From NCBI GenBank assembly GCA_002633005.1, contig NMRA01000403.1, positions 189,930 to 253,929 of the forward strand: 64,000 nt of DNA, in the 5' to 3' direction. The position numbers and the translations under genes were made by a program. Positions 37,201 to 49,191 of the stretch are shown in pieces. The notes under the pieces are model-generated. The model was given only the letters and a program-made list of their open reading frames with translations, had not been told where the DNA came from and ran no database searches. Source of the DNA: Phoronis australis. Its lineage: Eukaryota; Animalia; Phoronida. The first letter of the stretch is position 1. The number at the start of each line of letters is the position of its first letter.

Positions 37201-40200
37201 ATTGCGTGTTTTAATTAAATAATCGCAAATTGTGAAGTTCTGGAACAGAAAGGTATAAAACGTGACGTCCTCTTGACACACCCACTTCGCTATATTTAAG
37301 GATGACCGGCATTCTCTCATGTTTGTTCACTTTAGAATGGAGATACATGTACAGCATTACACCTGGCGTCGCAGAGTGGAAAGGCAGCGGTCGTAGAGCT
37401 GCTTGTCAATGAAGGCAGTTGTGAGGTGACTGCCGTAAACAAGGTATCTCTAGAGTGCTGCACTCCGAGCTTAGTAAATGTTCCAATAAACATGTTTTAA
37501 ATGAATATTGAGTTCGAGGAATTGTTCATTCATAATAAATATCTCATCAAAAATGAACAACCTCTTTACGTGGAGTTATACAAAGAGTCACTTCTTCACT
37601 GCAAGTACCTTCCCTGAACACGCAGTGAAACCAGAGTCGCTGGTGTGATCGTACTATTGGCATACTAACTAAAAAACCAACCACACCATAAAGCGCCGAA
37701 CACATACACAGATTTTAATTTTCTCACCTCATAAAGTTTATTCAGGTTTTTAATCACGTCAGTGCGCATTTAGGAACCCCACTTAAGTTTTTTTAGCCAA
37801 GATTGCTTTAAAAAGGGACTTTGAACAATCAGACTTCTAAGTCACATTGTCGCAAGTCCGTTCGGTGCAAACTTTTCGATAGGATAGTAACAGAGCACAG
37901 CACTGTACACTCATCTGGCCGGTGAGAGGATATTCCGCGAATAAAGTCGCTTGTGTTGCAGTTGCTAGTGGAATATATAATACCCACACACAAAATGTGT
38001 GCTATGATCAGGATCAATCAAAATCGTTTCCTTTTGAGTAAAATAAATGCATGTCTAAATATTTCGTTTAAATGTCTATTCCTATTATCAATTTCAATGA
38101 AAGTTTCGAATCTCATCCTCTATTAATTAATTAAAACCATTTGATAATAACCAAGTACTACAAGATGTGGATTTTTGTCTAAAAACGTTTTGTTGATGCT
38201 ACGATGGTCAACACAAAAGTGACAAGACTAAATCGCGGTGTGTGGTATGGCGGATCTTGATCACGAAATAAAAAATACGTAAACATTTCAGTTTGAAAGC
38301 CATCAAACAGTTTGGTTCACCCCTCACAGTACCATCGTATTTCGGGTACCAGGACATAGTTCTCGGCGCAGCCCATCAAATGCTTTTTAGATTAAACGTT
38401 CTGGTCAAAACCTTCCGCAAGACGTGCGCTTTCATAGAAATGCAATTACGCAAAAATTAAATGAATGGACAAAAATATTCATATCTTCAGGAAGAATAAG
38501 AGACTGGCATTTCTTGAGATGGATTTCACATTACGACTGAGACTAAATCGAATCTTAATTATATTAAAAACTTTGTTCAAATTTCAACATTGTAGTGAGA
38601 AGAACGGTTTGGGGGTTTCAAGTTGTGAGACTTAGTTCTTGAACGTAACATTTTCGATGATGTGTGCACTGAGTGTATTGTGTGGAGAACGTGGAAGTTT
38701 TAAAACTCTTTCGGTAATAGCTTTTTGGGGGATGGTTTATTATTAAAATATTTATTCGCATTCCACTTTATTGTCTCAAATGTATGAACTAATAGAATGG
38801 CAACCCTTTTCGTATTGAGTCACTTACATCATTATTAAAGATGCTATATTACAGTATAATTCAATCACTTTCCTTTTCTGTGAGATTTGTCGGGTAGCAT
38901 ATAATTTTATCGATGGCCATGGTGCAACCTACTTTAATTCCTTCGGTGTGAGCATTATAGTATATGAAAAACAAAAAAATCACCAGAGGGCTGCAGGTTA
39001 CTTGAATTTGCAATAAAACTCTCAGCGTGTCTTTATTTTGATCCCACTGCACGACTATGTATGTTAATGGCGTTGTTTGATTTATGTTCTCTGTAATGAT
39101 GTAAACTTGCGAGCTCCATACGACGTCATTTGGCCTGGGTTGTTTGTAAAATGTATTTAAAAAATGTGCCACCGGTCGGGGTATAACCACCTGTCTCTGC
39201 CACGTGCACAATCTTTTTTCTTATAAACTGTGAATTTTAGGCCCCCACTTTCGGGTGTTAAAATCTCAATTTCCATTATCTTTTCCGTGCAAATTTTAAG
39301 TCATTCTTGAGCGCATATCTGGATAAATTGCCAAGGAGCTCCTTACTGAAAGATGCACAAAATTGTACAAATAAACATGTAGAGAACTGGAAATGTGTGT
39401 ATGTTTTAATATTTGATTGCCGTTTATGAAGTAAAACTACATGTGAAGGGTTCGTTGCTCTATGATTTGCATGTTTATGCTTCCACGAAAATCGGCAATT
39501 CTCCGATTTACGAATAAAATCTGCCAATTCTTAAAGAAACATCTTCAGAACATTGAGCTTCTAGACCCCCAAGCAACAAGTTCCGTAGATTCCAAAACGT
39601 GTTACGTATTTTAGAATGTTGATGTTTTAGGACACTTTTACCAAGGAAATTTAATGAACCAAGGTGTAGAGCTGAGACAATAACAGTGGGGGTGTCAGTA
39701 AACTTTTTTTCATTGGTTTCCTTTTATAAATTCTGAATATTTGTCATGTAAGCCAGTGTGTCTGTGTTTCATGTATTTTTACCCTATATGCGCGTATTTA
39801 GGCCAATACGTAAAATGAAATATTATAAAGCCTACAAAACATGCAAGTATACAAAGGATATTATGCATGTGTTTGTGCGAAACATTTGAGTATGAAAATT
39901 TCCTTATGGCAGTTATTTCGGATATAGGTGTTAGTGCCTAAATAATGCGTAAAACACACAATGCTCTACACTGGGTTACACTTTTCGTTGTTTACTCAAA
40001 AAATTTCGTTTAGTGTTCTTCTTTAGAATTAAAGTGCATTAAAATGTGCCAAGTAAACAAATCTCTTACAGTGTATGCTCTAGTGGTCGAATAAATGTCA
40101 GTGGCATTCTGAATACGTGCTGTGCTTTTACTGAAACACAGACTGGTTAATGAAAGCTGTTTCCACTACTACAAAAGATTGAACGAATTCAGTTGACGCG

Positions 40201-43200
40201 ATATAGGCTGAGCATCACCTGATTTGTGATTAAGGCATTTTAAGATGGAAATCAGTGCTTGTCCGATGTTTCTTACACGACGACAATCTCGAGACTGTCG
40301 TGAACACATCGGCCACGCGTTAACAGCTCATCATTTAGGCGAAGGTCAGTCGATGTCATGTTGAGTGTCACCAGATCGCCAACAGATAATTCTACGACTT
40401 AAGCTGCCGAAAACACTTTGCCTAATGGTGCTTCAGTTGCTGCGTGTTGACACCGATGGCACCGACTGCACTCCGGAAAATTTCCAGGCAACTGCCCGCC
40501 TTCCATCGACATAAATGCGAGCCACCTGATTGTTTTAAACGTGATAGTGTGTTGATACTACCCACCCAGAACAATGATATCTTTGTTTCTGTTTCGCTTA
40601 CTACAGTATTATACGTGTGTGTTAAGGATTTGTATGCCCTAATTTAGCAGTCTACCTATTTTGATAATGCTTAAAAACATGGATTGTAACAGAGTTGATG
40701 TTTGTAGTTTCTGAAACTAAACTACAAAATTTGATTTTTACCTCTCTACTACTCTGCCACTATTTGCATCACGTGACTTAACAGAAAGGAAATGTACATT
40801 GATAACAAAACAATATCAGATTTTATAACGTATAAATCTTTAAGATGATATCTCAAAACGTTACTGTTTCTAATACACCTGTTCGTTTTTTTGTATAACT
40901 CGTGAAATCCCTGTTGACAGCCTCTCATGCAAAAATGCATTGTTTTAAAAACAGTTACGTACAGTGTGTTAGCAAACAGTGCATGAGAATAGTTTCCGAT
41001 CAACCCTTTTGAGATAGGGTACTCCGAAGTTATCCAAATGTCCCTGGAACCCACACAACCTTAAAGAACAAGCGCCTCATACAAAGCTGCTGGTTACATA
41101 TTTGAAACAGCTTGAGTGAAGTCAAGAAGCAAAATTTACAAATCAAGTGAACAAATAAGTAATATCGCTCTATTCTGTAATACCCGGCAATAAAATGTCC
41201 TTGATATGTGACTGAAATAAATCATAGTTGTTTCATTTTGAACTTGGCGTAATTTTTGACAGTTTAAATATCATTTCCACGAGCTGTTCATCAAACAATT
41301 GAAAATCGTGCAAATTTGTTTTTGGTTCATCAACACATTTCCATGCTTCTTGTAGGAAGGCAACACGCCGCTGCACAGCGCGTCTTCACGTGGCCGGCTA
41401 GCTGTTGTGGAACTGCTTCTGAAAACTGGTGTCGATGCGACGGTTGTTAATACGGTAAGATAAGAGTGTCAATCAAATTGTGTGGTATGCTATCAGTATC
41501 TGCTTTCAATGGATAGGTAAGAGTGTTTGTAGTCATCATAACTCATTACAATTGTATATGTAAATATTATGTATGTCCTGGTACACTGGAACAGCGTCCA
41601 CCGTTGCTGATAAAGTCCTTTTCTACTTTTCTTTAAACTCCGAAGCGACTATCGACACGGAATTTTTAACAAATTTAAACTATTCACTTGATGTAGTAGC
41701 CAGGTCGCTATGTGACTGCTTCAAATTTTGAAGAACCCGCAGCCCAATGAAGCCAGGAACTTACGTGAAGTATTACCATTTCGTTCTCAACGTTGTATAT
41801 TCGTCGTCTTTCCTGTTTAACACGCCAATCTACCAGCCTCGCATTGCTTATTTGGCGATAGGTGCAAGTATTCGGTTCATATTGGTACAGTTCACGTGCT
41901 TGATATTATAAAATTTTAGCACATGGTAGGAAGTAAATTTTACGTGCTTGTGTTACTCTTCAGTGTGAGCTTTAAAGGTAGTAAGTTGTGTCTTGCAGGT
42001 CGGACAAACAGCTTACGATGTCTGTGGCGACAATCGTGACATGTTTTTTAACAAAGTCGACGATGAGACTATCGAGAAAATAAAGAAAATTCTTGAGGTA
42101 TGTAGTAGTGAAAAAAATCAGATTCTTGCTACAAAGACCATATTTTGTGATTAATGTCATTAACGCCATTTGCACGATTGGGAGAAGTCGTGTGTTCGAA
42201 CCCCGATCTGGACAGAGATATTTTCAGACTTAGCTATAGGTCACGTGGTGCGACCAACAGATGGCGTGTCAGACGACTGATAATTCTCTCTTTTTTGTTG
42301 TATCAGTGTTATTTTGTTATAAATATACATCTCGCCTAGGCGGGTACAAGTAAGGTTTTCTCTCACTGCATTGGGGATCTTTGTATCATTTAAACAGCTC
42401 GGAACGTAATGTAGTAAATACTTGTGTCTAGAATCTGATATTTCTTTTACTTTATTTGACAAAAATCGTTGTTCACTGTAGAAGAATATGCGATTAAAGC
42501 AGCAAAGCGGAAAACCACCACCCTCAGATGAAAATGCGAACGGAAATCTCCTTCCTGTCAACGAGGAAGAGAGCGTACTATTAGCGTGGCTGGAGGGTTA
42601 TCTGAAGTCGAAATATCGAGACATCCCTGACGGCGAATTGGACGTCAGCGTAAAAATAAAAACGAGAGAGAACGGCACATTCCAACTGCTGAGTGTGGAT
42701 ACCAAGCTGATGGGTATTATATTGTGACTAAGTGTAAACTAAGATATATGTAAACACAGTCTTCATATAGACCGTTAAGTTCCATGTATAACGATATTTT
42801 TATTGAGACACCTCTGGAACTCAATACTTTAAGCTGTCATTAGCATGGCGAAAGTGCACGATGACAGCGCATTTCCAGAGGATTAAAACCGTTACTTGTC
42901 TTGCGTATTCAAAGACAAGAGGTGACTATGACTTCAGAATGGAAAGCATGCCGTTGTTATCAATGACAGTACATGTATATTAAGAGCCAGGACTAGGAAT
43001 TACATAGCCAGCTACATGTAGCTACATATACAGTACGTGATGGCTTCCTGTAAGCTAAAAAACTGGTCAAGAAATTCAACTATATCAGTTTTGATTGCAA
43101 TCATTAACTATGTAAAATTTCAAAATCTTTGTTAAGAACCAATAACTCATAATTACAAGGTGGTTAATGATACAGAGTAGATCCTATTAATTTGTGTACA

Positions 43201-45219
43201 AAATTACATGTATGTGTGGCATGTCATCATTTTCTGGAACAACTCATTTTGTGCTCAACGTTATAGGTGGGATGTTCTCTTATGTTCTCGTTTGCTACAA
43301 AAAACCCAAGTGACTACGTATTGATAGTTCTCCACCGAAATAAAATAAACAATAACCGATTATAGAGAGAGAAAGACGTTTTTGTGTGATTTTAAGGTAG
43401 TGAAATAGTCAAAATAGTTTATTTGAAAAATAAAATGAGCACCAACAACTGAAAACGGGTTGATCGACGAGTTTGACTGTGAGCCTGGAAGTGGTATTGC
43501 TCGCACTGGGGGAATTATGCACGGGAGTAGGATTTGTCCGAGAGTAGAGAAACATGTCCACCACACCGTAAAATGTGGTTCATGAAGTCAAACTACGTTC
43601 GCTAGGGGGGAACAGCGTGCGCGTCCGAAAGATGTTGCTCGTTTGTAGATAATTCTAGGTCTGGCAAAACGAAATAAATATTGAATCTATGAATTTAAGG
43701 GTCTGGTAACTGCTCATTTACGTTTGCAAGTTACGAAGTATACGGATGTTTCATTTCCTTTCCAGACTATTTCCCACTAGTTGTACCCGTAAGGCAGTCC
43801 TGTCTTTTGGGCAAGTTTCCTGAACAAGGTCAGAACGTGATATCGGCTGAGCTCCACGAGTCATTGGCCAATGCGCTGAAGTCGGTTGTTCTACTTGCAC
43901 GTGCAGATGCACAAGGAGTGGGGTCCGGCTTCCGAGTAGGGCGCAATTATGTGATTACAAACTATCACGTGTACCAATGCCTGAATGTCCCCAGTAAGTA
44001 TTTTGTCTGTTGATTGAATGTATGAATCCGGGTTTTTGTAATTCGCCTAGGACACATGTATAATGGTTCCACTTTCCCTGCTGTAATCAAGGACCGGAAT
44101 TTTAAGAGTTGGGTTAGATTTATAGGCCTATTTTCAGTTGTCCCCAGAGTTGCGCTGTGTATCGTCACTTGCCAATCTAATGCACTGTGATGACGACTAG
44201 TCTGNNNNNNNNNNNNNNNNNNNNNNNNNNNNNNNNNNNNNNNNNNNNNNNNNNNNNNNNNNNNNNNNNNNNNNNNNNNNNNNNNNNNNNNNNNNNNNNN
44301 NNNNNNNNNNNNNNNNNNNNNNNNNNNNNNNNNNNNNNNNNNNNNNNNNNNNNNNNNNNNNNNNNNNNNNNNNNNNNNNNNNNNNNNNNNNNNNNNNNNN
44401 NNNNNNNNNNNNNNNNNNNNNNNNNNNNNNNNNNNNNNNNNNNNNNNNNNNNNNNNNNNNNNNNNNNNNNNNNNNNNNNNNNNNNNNNNNNNNNNNNNNN
44501 NNNNNNNNNNNNNNNNNNNNNNNNNNNNNNNNNNNNNNNNNNNNNNNNNNNNNNNNNNNNNNNNNNNNNNNNNNNNNNNNNNNNNNNNNNNNNNNNNNNN
44601 NNNNNNNNNNNNNNNNNNNNNNNNNNNNNNNNNNNNNNNNNNNNNNNNNNNNNNNNNNNNNNNNNNNNNNNNNNNNNNNNNNNNNNNNNNNNNNNNNNNN
44701 NNNNNNNNNNNNNNNNNNNNNNNNNNNNNNNNNNNNNNNNNNNNNNNNNNNNNNNNNNNNNNNNNNNNNNNNNNNNNNNNNNNNNACTGTGCTTCTGCAC
44801 CTCCCACTGAGGGCGCTGGCGTCGCTGTACTTTCCGTGGGCTCGCCGTCGTAAAAACCGTTTAATTTGTAATTTCAGGTTTCTGAGTTAAACCAATGGGC
44901 ACAGCGGACATTTCCTGGCCGTGCCGTATTCCCACAAATCGACGACCCACGACGAGTTCTTTACCGAACAAGTCTACAGTTTGGCAAAGGCAGCTCAGGA
45001 AGTCCTGGTTTTGTACCCGATGACAAACATGAGGCGTGCGTCGCCGCGATACAGACACGTGGATTTCCGGATTTGCCAGATTTTCATTTCGTTCCCCAAG
45101 AGGTAGTCAAGGCTCGTTCTGTGGAGCAAGGGGTCAGGGTGGAGGCTGTCTATGACTTCCTCCACACCAACCACCCTGCACTGTGTCAGGATATCTTTGG
45201 CAACAATAAGCCTAGTTAA
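16115..45219 (+). CDS. Ankyrin-repeat + FAM111-like trypsin-fold serine protease gene (multi-exon; first exon and catalytic-Asp exon not visible)
   Basis: Exons 16115-16204, 35487-35579, 36148-36249, 36807-36905, 37052-37150, 37336-37443, 41356-41454, 41999-42097, 42482-42713, 43766-43993, [gap], 44878-45219; all AG/GT bounded, and phase-compatible without stops except across the N gap. Confidence 0.85.
17391..18300 (-). mobile_element. CR1/L2-like LINE reverse transcriptase relic (copy A)
   Basis: Paralogous to 25636-26560, which reads LDNESAFDKVSQDLFLYKV and YLSNR...GVRKPG.PFILYIN. Confidence 0.65.
18890..19029. mobile_element. Short MITE-like element
   Basis: Perfect 21-bp inverted repeat CGTTCAGTAACGCTAGGACCT; related copies at about 17020-17135, 57860-57955 and 62470-62590. 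Confidence 0.7.
19950..20630 (-). mobile_element. L1/Tx1-like reverse transcriptase relic
   Basis: Minus strand reads NRGCR..., QYTDDVALFEGYESSLK (YADD motif) and KFSDLNLNFDKTVCVW across frameshifts. Confidence 0.7.
20637..20875. mobile_element. hAT-like MITE
   Basis: TIRs CAAGCGCGCACCCAG / CTGGGTGCGCGCATG; inverted partial copy at about 19670-19805; half copy at 26585-26687. Confidence 0.6.
23590..25631 (-). mobile_element. Sola3-like DNA transposon relic (transposase pseudogene plus one terminus)
   Basis: Minus strand SGNAGCYHS, ESQNGKDLCDRK, PGIS...GIRAWKSFHVGDGK, HLDVGNH...ETTYD, SQIVGFFSRL; ends ...CTC|TTAA at 25631-25635, the GAG/CTC plus TTAA signature of Sola3. Confidence 0.7.
25636..26560 (-). 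mobile_element. CR1/L2-like LINE reverse transcriptase relic (copy B)
   Basis: ORFs 26118-26333 and 25891-26139 carry degenerate LD..KAFD.V.H and GVPQG...LFILYIND motifs. Confidence 0.7.
27296..27700. repeat. Tandem duplication of about 210 bp
   Basis: CCATGTAATAACCTCTAAC...AAAAAAGGCAC occurs twice here but once in the paralogous block near 21467-21660. Confidence 0.85.
29786..31769. repeat. About 1 kb direct duplication across an n join
   Basis: 29786-30782 closely matches 30784-31769. Confidence 0.9.
35487..35579 (+). CDS. Ankyrin exon GTALHRAAGWGRTEVARVLCKAGANINKQNV
   Basis: 93 bp, phase 0-0, ctgcag/gtaata. Confidence 0.9.
36148..36249 (+). CDS. Ankyrin exon MMGWTPLHLAALCGHTETVKCLVEHNATVDVRTQ
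   Basis: 102 bp, phase 0-0, TPLH motif. Confidence 0.9.
36807..36905 (+). CDS. Ankyrin exon EGLTPLHCAALNGHTQTVKCLVEHNATVDERDK
   Basis: 99 bp, phase 0-0; tandem duplicate of 36148-36249 including flanking intron. Confidence 0.9.
37052..37150 (+). CDS. Ankyrin exon EGHTPLHLAVQEGHIAVVQCLIELRANVNVRNE
   Basis: 99 bp, phase 0-0. Confidence 0.9.
37336..37443 (+). CDS. Ankyrin exon NGDTCTALHLASQSGKAAVVELLVNEGSCEVTAVNK
   Basis: 108 bp, phase 0-0. Confidence 0.88.
41356..41454 (+). CDS. Ankyrin exon EGNTPLHSASSRGRLAVVELLLKTGVDATVVNT
   Basis: 99 bp, phase 0-0, tgtag/gtaaga. Confidence 0.9.
41999..42097 (+). CDS. Ankyrin C-cap exon VGQTAYDVCGDNRDMFFNKVDDETIEKIKKILE
   Basis: 99 bp, phase 0-0; GxTAxD terminal-repeat pattern. 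Confidence 0.8.
42482..42713 (+). CDS. Linker exon of the ankyrin-protease gene
   Basis: Open frame KNMRLKQQ...VDTKLM, phase 0-1, fits the next exon. Confidence 0.75.
43766..43993 (+). CDS. Protease exon with the catalytic His (GSGFRVGRNYVITNYHV)
   Basis: ttccag/gtaagt, phase 1-1; His codon at 43966-43968. Confidence 0.85.
44878..45219 (+). CDS. Last exon, FAM111-like protease C-terminal part with the catalytic Ser (FGKGSSGSPG...VEQGV...HPALCQDIF)
   Basis: tttcag acceptor, 113 codons plus TAA; Ser codon at 44995-44997; frame absent from the ORF track. Confidence 0.85.
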   Translation, partial: VSELNQWAQRTFPGRAVFPQIDDPRRVLYRTSLQFGKGSSGSPGFVPDDKHEACVAAIQTRGFPDLPDFHFVPQEVVKARSVEQGVRVEAVYDFLHTNHPALCQDIFGNNKPS

Positions 45220-46324
45220 TTTGAGTCGACCATAGGGAGCTGTCAACCTAATCCTTATATATGTTAAGTTATTTTATTGCAATCAGGTTGTGTATTACCA
45301 TGTTTATGTACAGTTTTAGGCGTGTATATCCAGTAAACAATTTAGTTTTTGTCATACCTCAGGGCCGAGAAGCGTGGTCCATGCCCCAGAACACTGCTTA
45401 CAAATATCTGAATAAGTGTACATGTACATGTTGCTTACGTGAGTTTTACTGGCGGATTTAAAGTAAATGATCCTATAAGATGCCAGATGTGGTAAAACTA
45501 ACTAGCGCGTTGATAAGTTTGAATGCCTAAGAACAAAACTTCAGACTGAAAAGACAAGATATGATTTCCTGACACATTCATGGAGCCCGTTCTATGACCC
45601 TGACTTAAGTTCATTTTTACTTAAAGAGTTCCCACCATGTATTTTCTTGGTTTTTGAGGTTTCAGTGAGCTAATATGACATGAATACCATCAAGTGTAAC
45701 TGAAGCACTTTTTGTTCTAAATAGTCGTAATTTTTCTATCTCTGAAGATAAACTATTTATTTCCAAGTTTCTCGCCAAATGATGTAATGGGTGGAATACG
45801 TTTGGTCACTTGAGAATCAGTTGCAATGGCAGAAAACAGCAGATCAGAAGACTACAGGGTGTAGGACGATTTTCAGCGAGAACTGGACAATTATTATGAA
45901 GACAGGGAAGTGATCGGATATGGGCGTCACACAAACAAACAATCAATTCGATTTTGCACTTAACGAACTTTCGAGGGGTTTTAGGTCGTAAGAACTCGGC
46001 CCACATGCGCGAGAAATGCTGAAGACAAATGTTAGCTACAAAAAACTGAACCAAGGGGTGATCAATATTCACAAAATAGACTCTTAACAATCACAAGGCT
46101 GCAGTAAACCTGGGTCACTAGTATTCACTATTGCTATGATGGAATGAGCACGGTCTATACAATGCATGCGCCAACCCTACGTGTCGTAGCACTCGATATG
46201 GGCCGTGGTCGAGGGACTGGTATCACTCGCTCTATAATGGAAGCAGTTTGCTCGTTATTTATAAAATTTGAAAATACACTTACAAGGTGGTGAATCGTTC
46301 GTCGTTTGATCGAAACACAATTGN

Positions 46325-46467
<143 letters not shown>

Positions 46468-49191
46468 TGCGCCAACCCTACGTGTCGTAGCACTCGATAT
46501 GGGCCGTGGTCGAGGGACTGGTATCACTCGCTCTATAATGGAAGCAGTTTGCTCGTTATTTATAAAATTTGAAAATACACTTACAAGGTGGTGAATCGTT
46601 CGTCGTTTGATCGAAACACAATTGCTTGAAATCTGCCGAACAAAGTGGGGCTCCAGACTGAAAGGCATGTTCCAGCCTGACATTCTACACTCTCATGCAT
46701 CGCACAAACCGATGTCATTTCTGTGCAACTTTCACGTATTTAGGAAATTTGAACCCAGAGACGTTCTCAGTCAAGTTACAGTTACTACAGCCTCCACAAA
46801 CGCTCGCCGCGGACTTTCCTAACAACTCCTCAGTAAAAAAAAACTACGGCAGAGACGGTCTTCCACCCATTACGTACAGGTGTACAACCCCTATACGAAA
46901 TTATCTTAGCAGCAGGCATACTAAAGGCTATTAAATCACTTAAGATGTTTTGATGAAATTCTTTATTAGATGCAGGGTCATGGTAGGAACTCTTTATGTC
47001 TAAGATTTGTCTAAACTTCCAAACTTTAAAACTTTCACATCCGCTAAGTTAGGCAAAATTAAGATAAAAATTAACTCAAAATTTAAATCGACATTAAAAT
47101 CTCTTCCTTGAGACAAATTTTAAGTTTTATTTTAAATTGACTGCAATGAAGGATAGGCCGTTTTCTTGGAACGTGTCCATGACCTGTATATATGATAATA
47201 GAACTCACATGTCCATGCACACAGTGTCCATACTGGGGTGAAATGTAGCTGCCTTAACACGGGGCACCAACCTCGGTTAATAACACACCCACATATAAAC
47301 ACGTGCATTTTAACATTTGCATATTTCTACTCTATATGTGTATAACATGTAATTACTTTTGATCGTTATCGCCAAGATAATGTATAGAAGTATCGTACAT
47401 TTTTGTATGGGAATTTATATCAATTTATTTTTATATCATATGATATCTGTTCTCGGCGTATTTCTATATACATGTATGTATATTTAAATGTTTATGCAAA
47501 TATATGTTAATAAAACAAATCATCTCAAAGTTACACGTAATATGTTGTGAACGAGTATACGGATTCACGTTAACGTGCTCTCTCCCTAAGTTTAGTTGAA
47601 AAGGGCGCCATTGGTAGCCACTCGTGGAACTACATGTACATATACATGTACTTCCGCGACCACGATAGCATGCTCACAATCCGGTATTTCAGATCTTTTT
47701 CTCGCGTCACTCTGTTTTAATCACGAGCATTTTCTTGTAATGACTAATATATTTTTGTCTCAATGCGCGTTATGAACACTTTGACAACAATGGAATTGAA
47801 TGAACGCTGCTACTATGGGCGAAGACTCTTTCATGGAATAGGCCTCTTTGAAGCTTAGTAAACGTGAAAGCAGGGGACAGCACTACTGTGTATACGCAGT
47901 TACAAGTACCATAGGGGTGTAAGATTGTGTGCAGGGGGCAGGGATCAGTATTGTCTTGCACGTCCTTCGGTCAGCTTAGAGTGAGAGGTCGAGAGAGGAT
48001 CTCCCACGAAATTAAAATAAGTTGTTTCGCGCCACCAGGAGGTGATTGTGGTTTTAAGAACATCTATTCACTAATGTTTGTTTTGAGTTACGCTCCATGC
48101 TAACAAGAAAACATTATTTTAATATTAAAACGAGACAATCCATAACTTGGCGAAAGTTTGCAAGTAAGGCTTACATGTACATAGAAATAAAAACTGTGGT
48201 TTGGTACAGCAAAACCGCAAAGTGTTCGCATTTGGGTTATACACTGTACATGTACATATGTACATGTATATGGCCACGAAGATGCAATTATTGTTTTCCT
48301 TAGTATCCACGCAATGTCGTTGAGAAAGTTCGAGAATTTCTGTGGGGAAGATTATCGAAGCGTTAACTGATTTGTTGTACATTTTAATAAGGCTAGTCAC
48401 TAGCTAGCAACACCATAAGATCTTCAACACACCATACATACAGTGTACATATATTCAGTAGTGGTGGACCTGTGGGGGGTTCAGGGGGTTTAACCCAACC
48501 CCCTTTGGGACAAAACCAAAAAAATGAAAATTAAAACAAAAACTTCATCGTTACCTTAATAAAACAAGGCACAGTTTTTATTGATGTGTTAGTTTCGCTA
48601 TCAAATAACGATTGCGCAATAATTTGAATTTGTTTGTTCACAATTGTTTCTAAGTGTTTCAGTCGTGTTTTCTCTAAAACCGCATTTTATTTACGAATTG
48701 TTTCTTTACACAGCTCTCCAGGAAGTCACAAGGTGGCGCTTGCTACAAATTTAAATATTCACCATTTCAATGAGATACAGCAGATTCAATTGGACCTCTG
48801 GTGCCGTTTGATACATTCTTCAGTACCGGATGTAGTTGTGTGATATACATTGTAGATAGACCATGACATACATGAAAACTGCAATGCAGAACTTTCCCAT
48901 GGTAGTACAGTATGTAAAAAAAATTCATTTCTTAAGAAAGTAAAAATTAGTGATCCTGATACTTACATGTACAGTGAGTGTGGCTAAAATTTCTATTTCC
49001 ATTACGAACAAAAATATTAGAACCACTTCCAAGGCATGAAAACGTTAATGGAGTTTACTGTGAATTTGATAATGATGCATTCTTTGTGACTGGAGTTCAA
49101 TGGAAACTGAAATAAAACTTCCATCTGGATAAGGAACATTTAGAGGCCGATATTTCCATCATGGATGGGTGAAACACGGCTTTACCTTCCA

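Noticed and set aside
49103-49112. ISRE-like GAAACTGAAA and scattered kB-like sites
   Set aside because: Short motifs expected by chance in AT-rich DNA; no mapped promoter.
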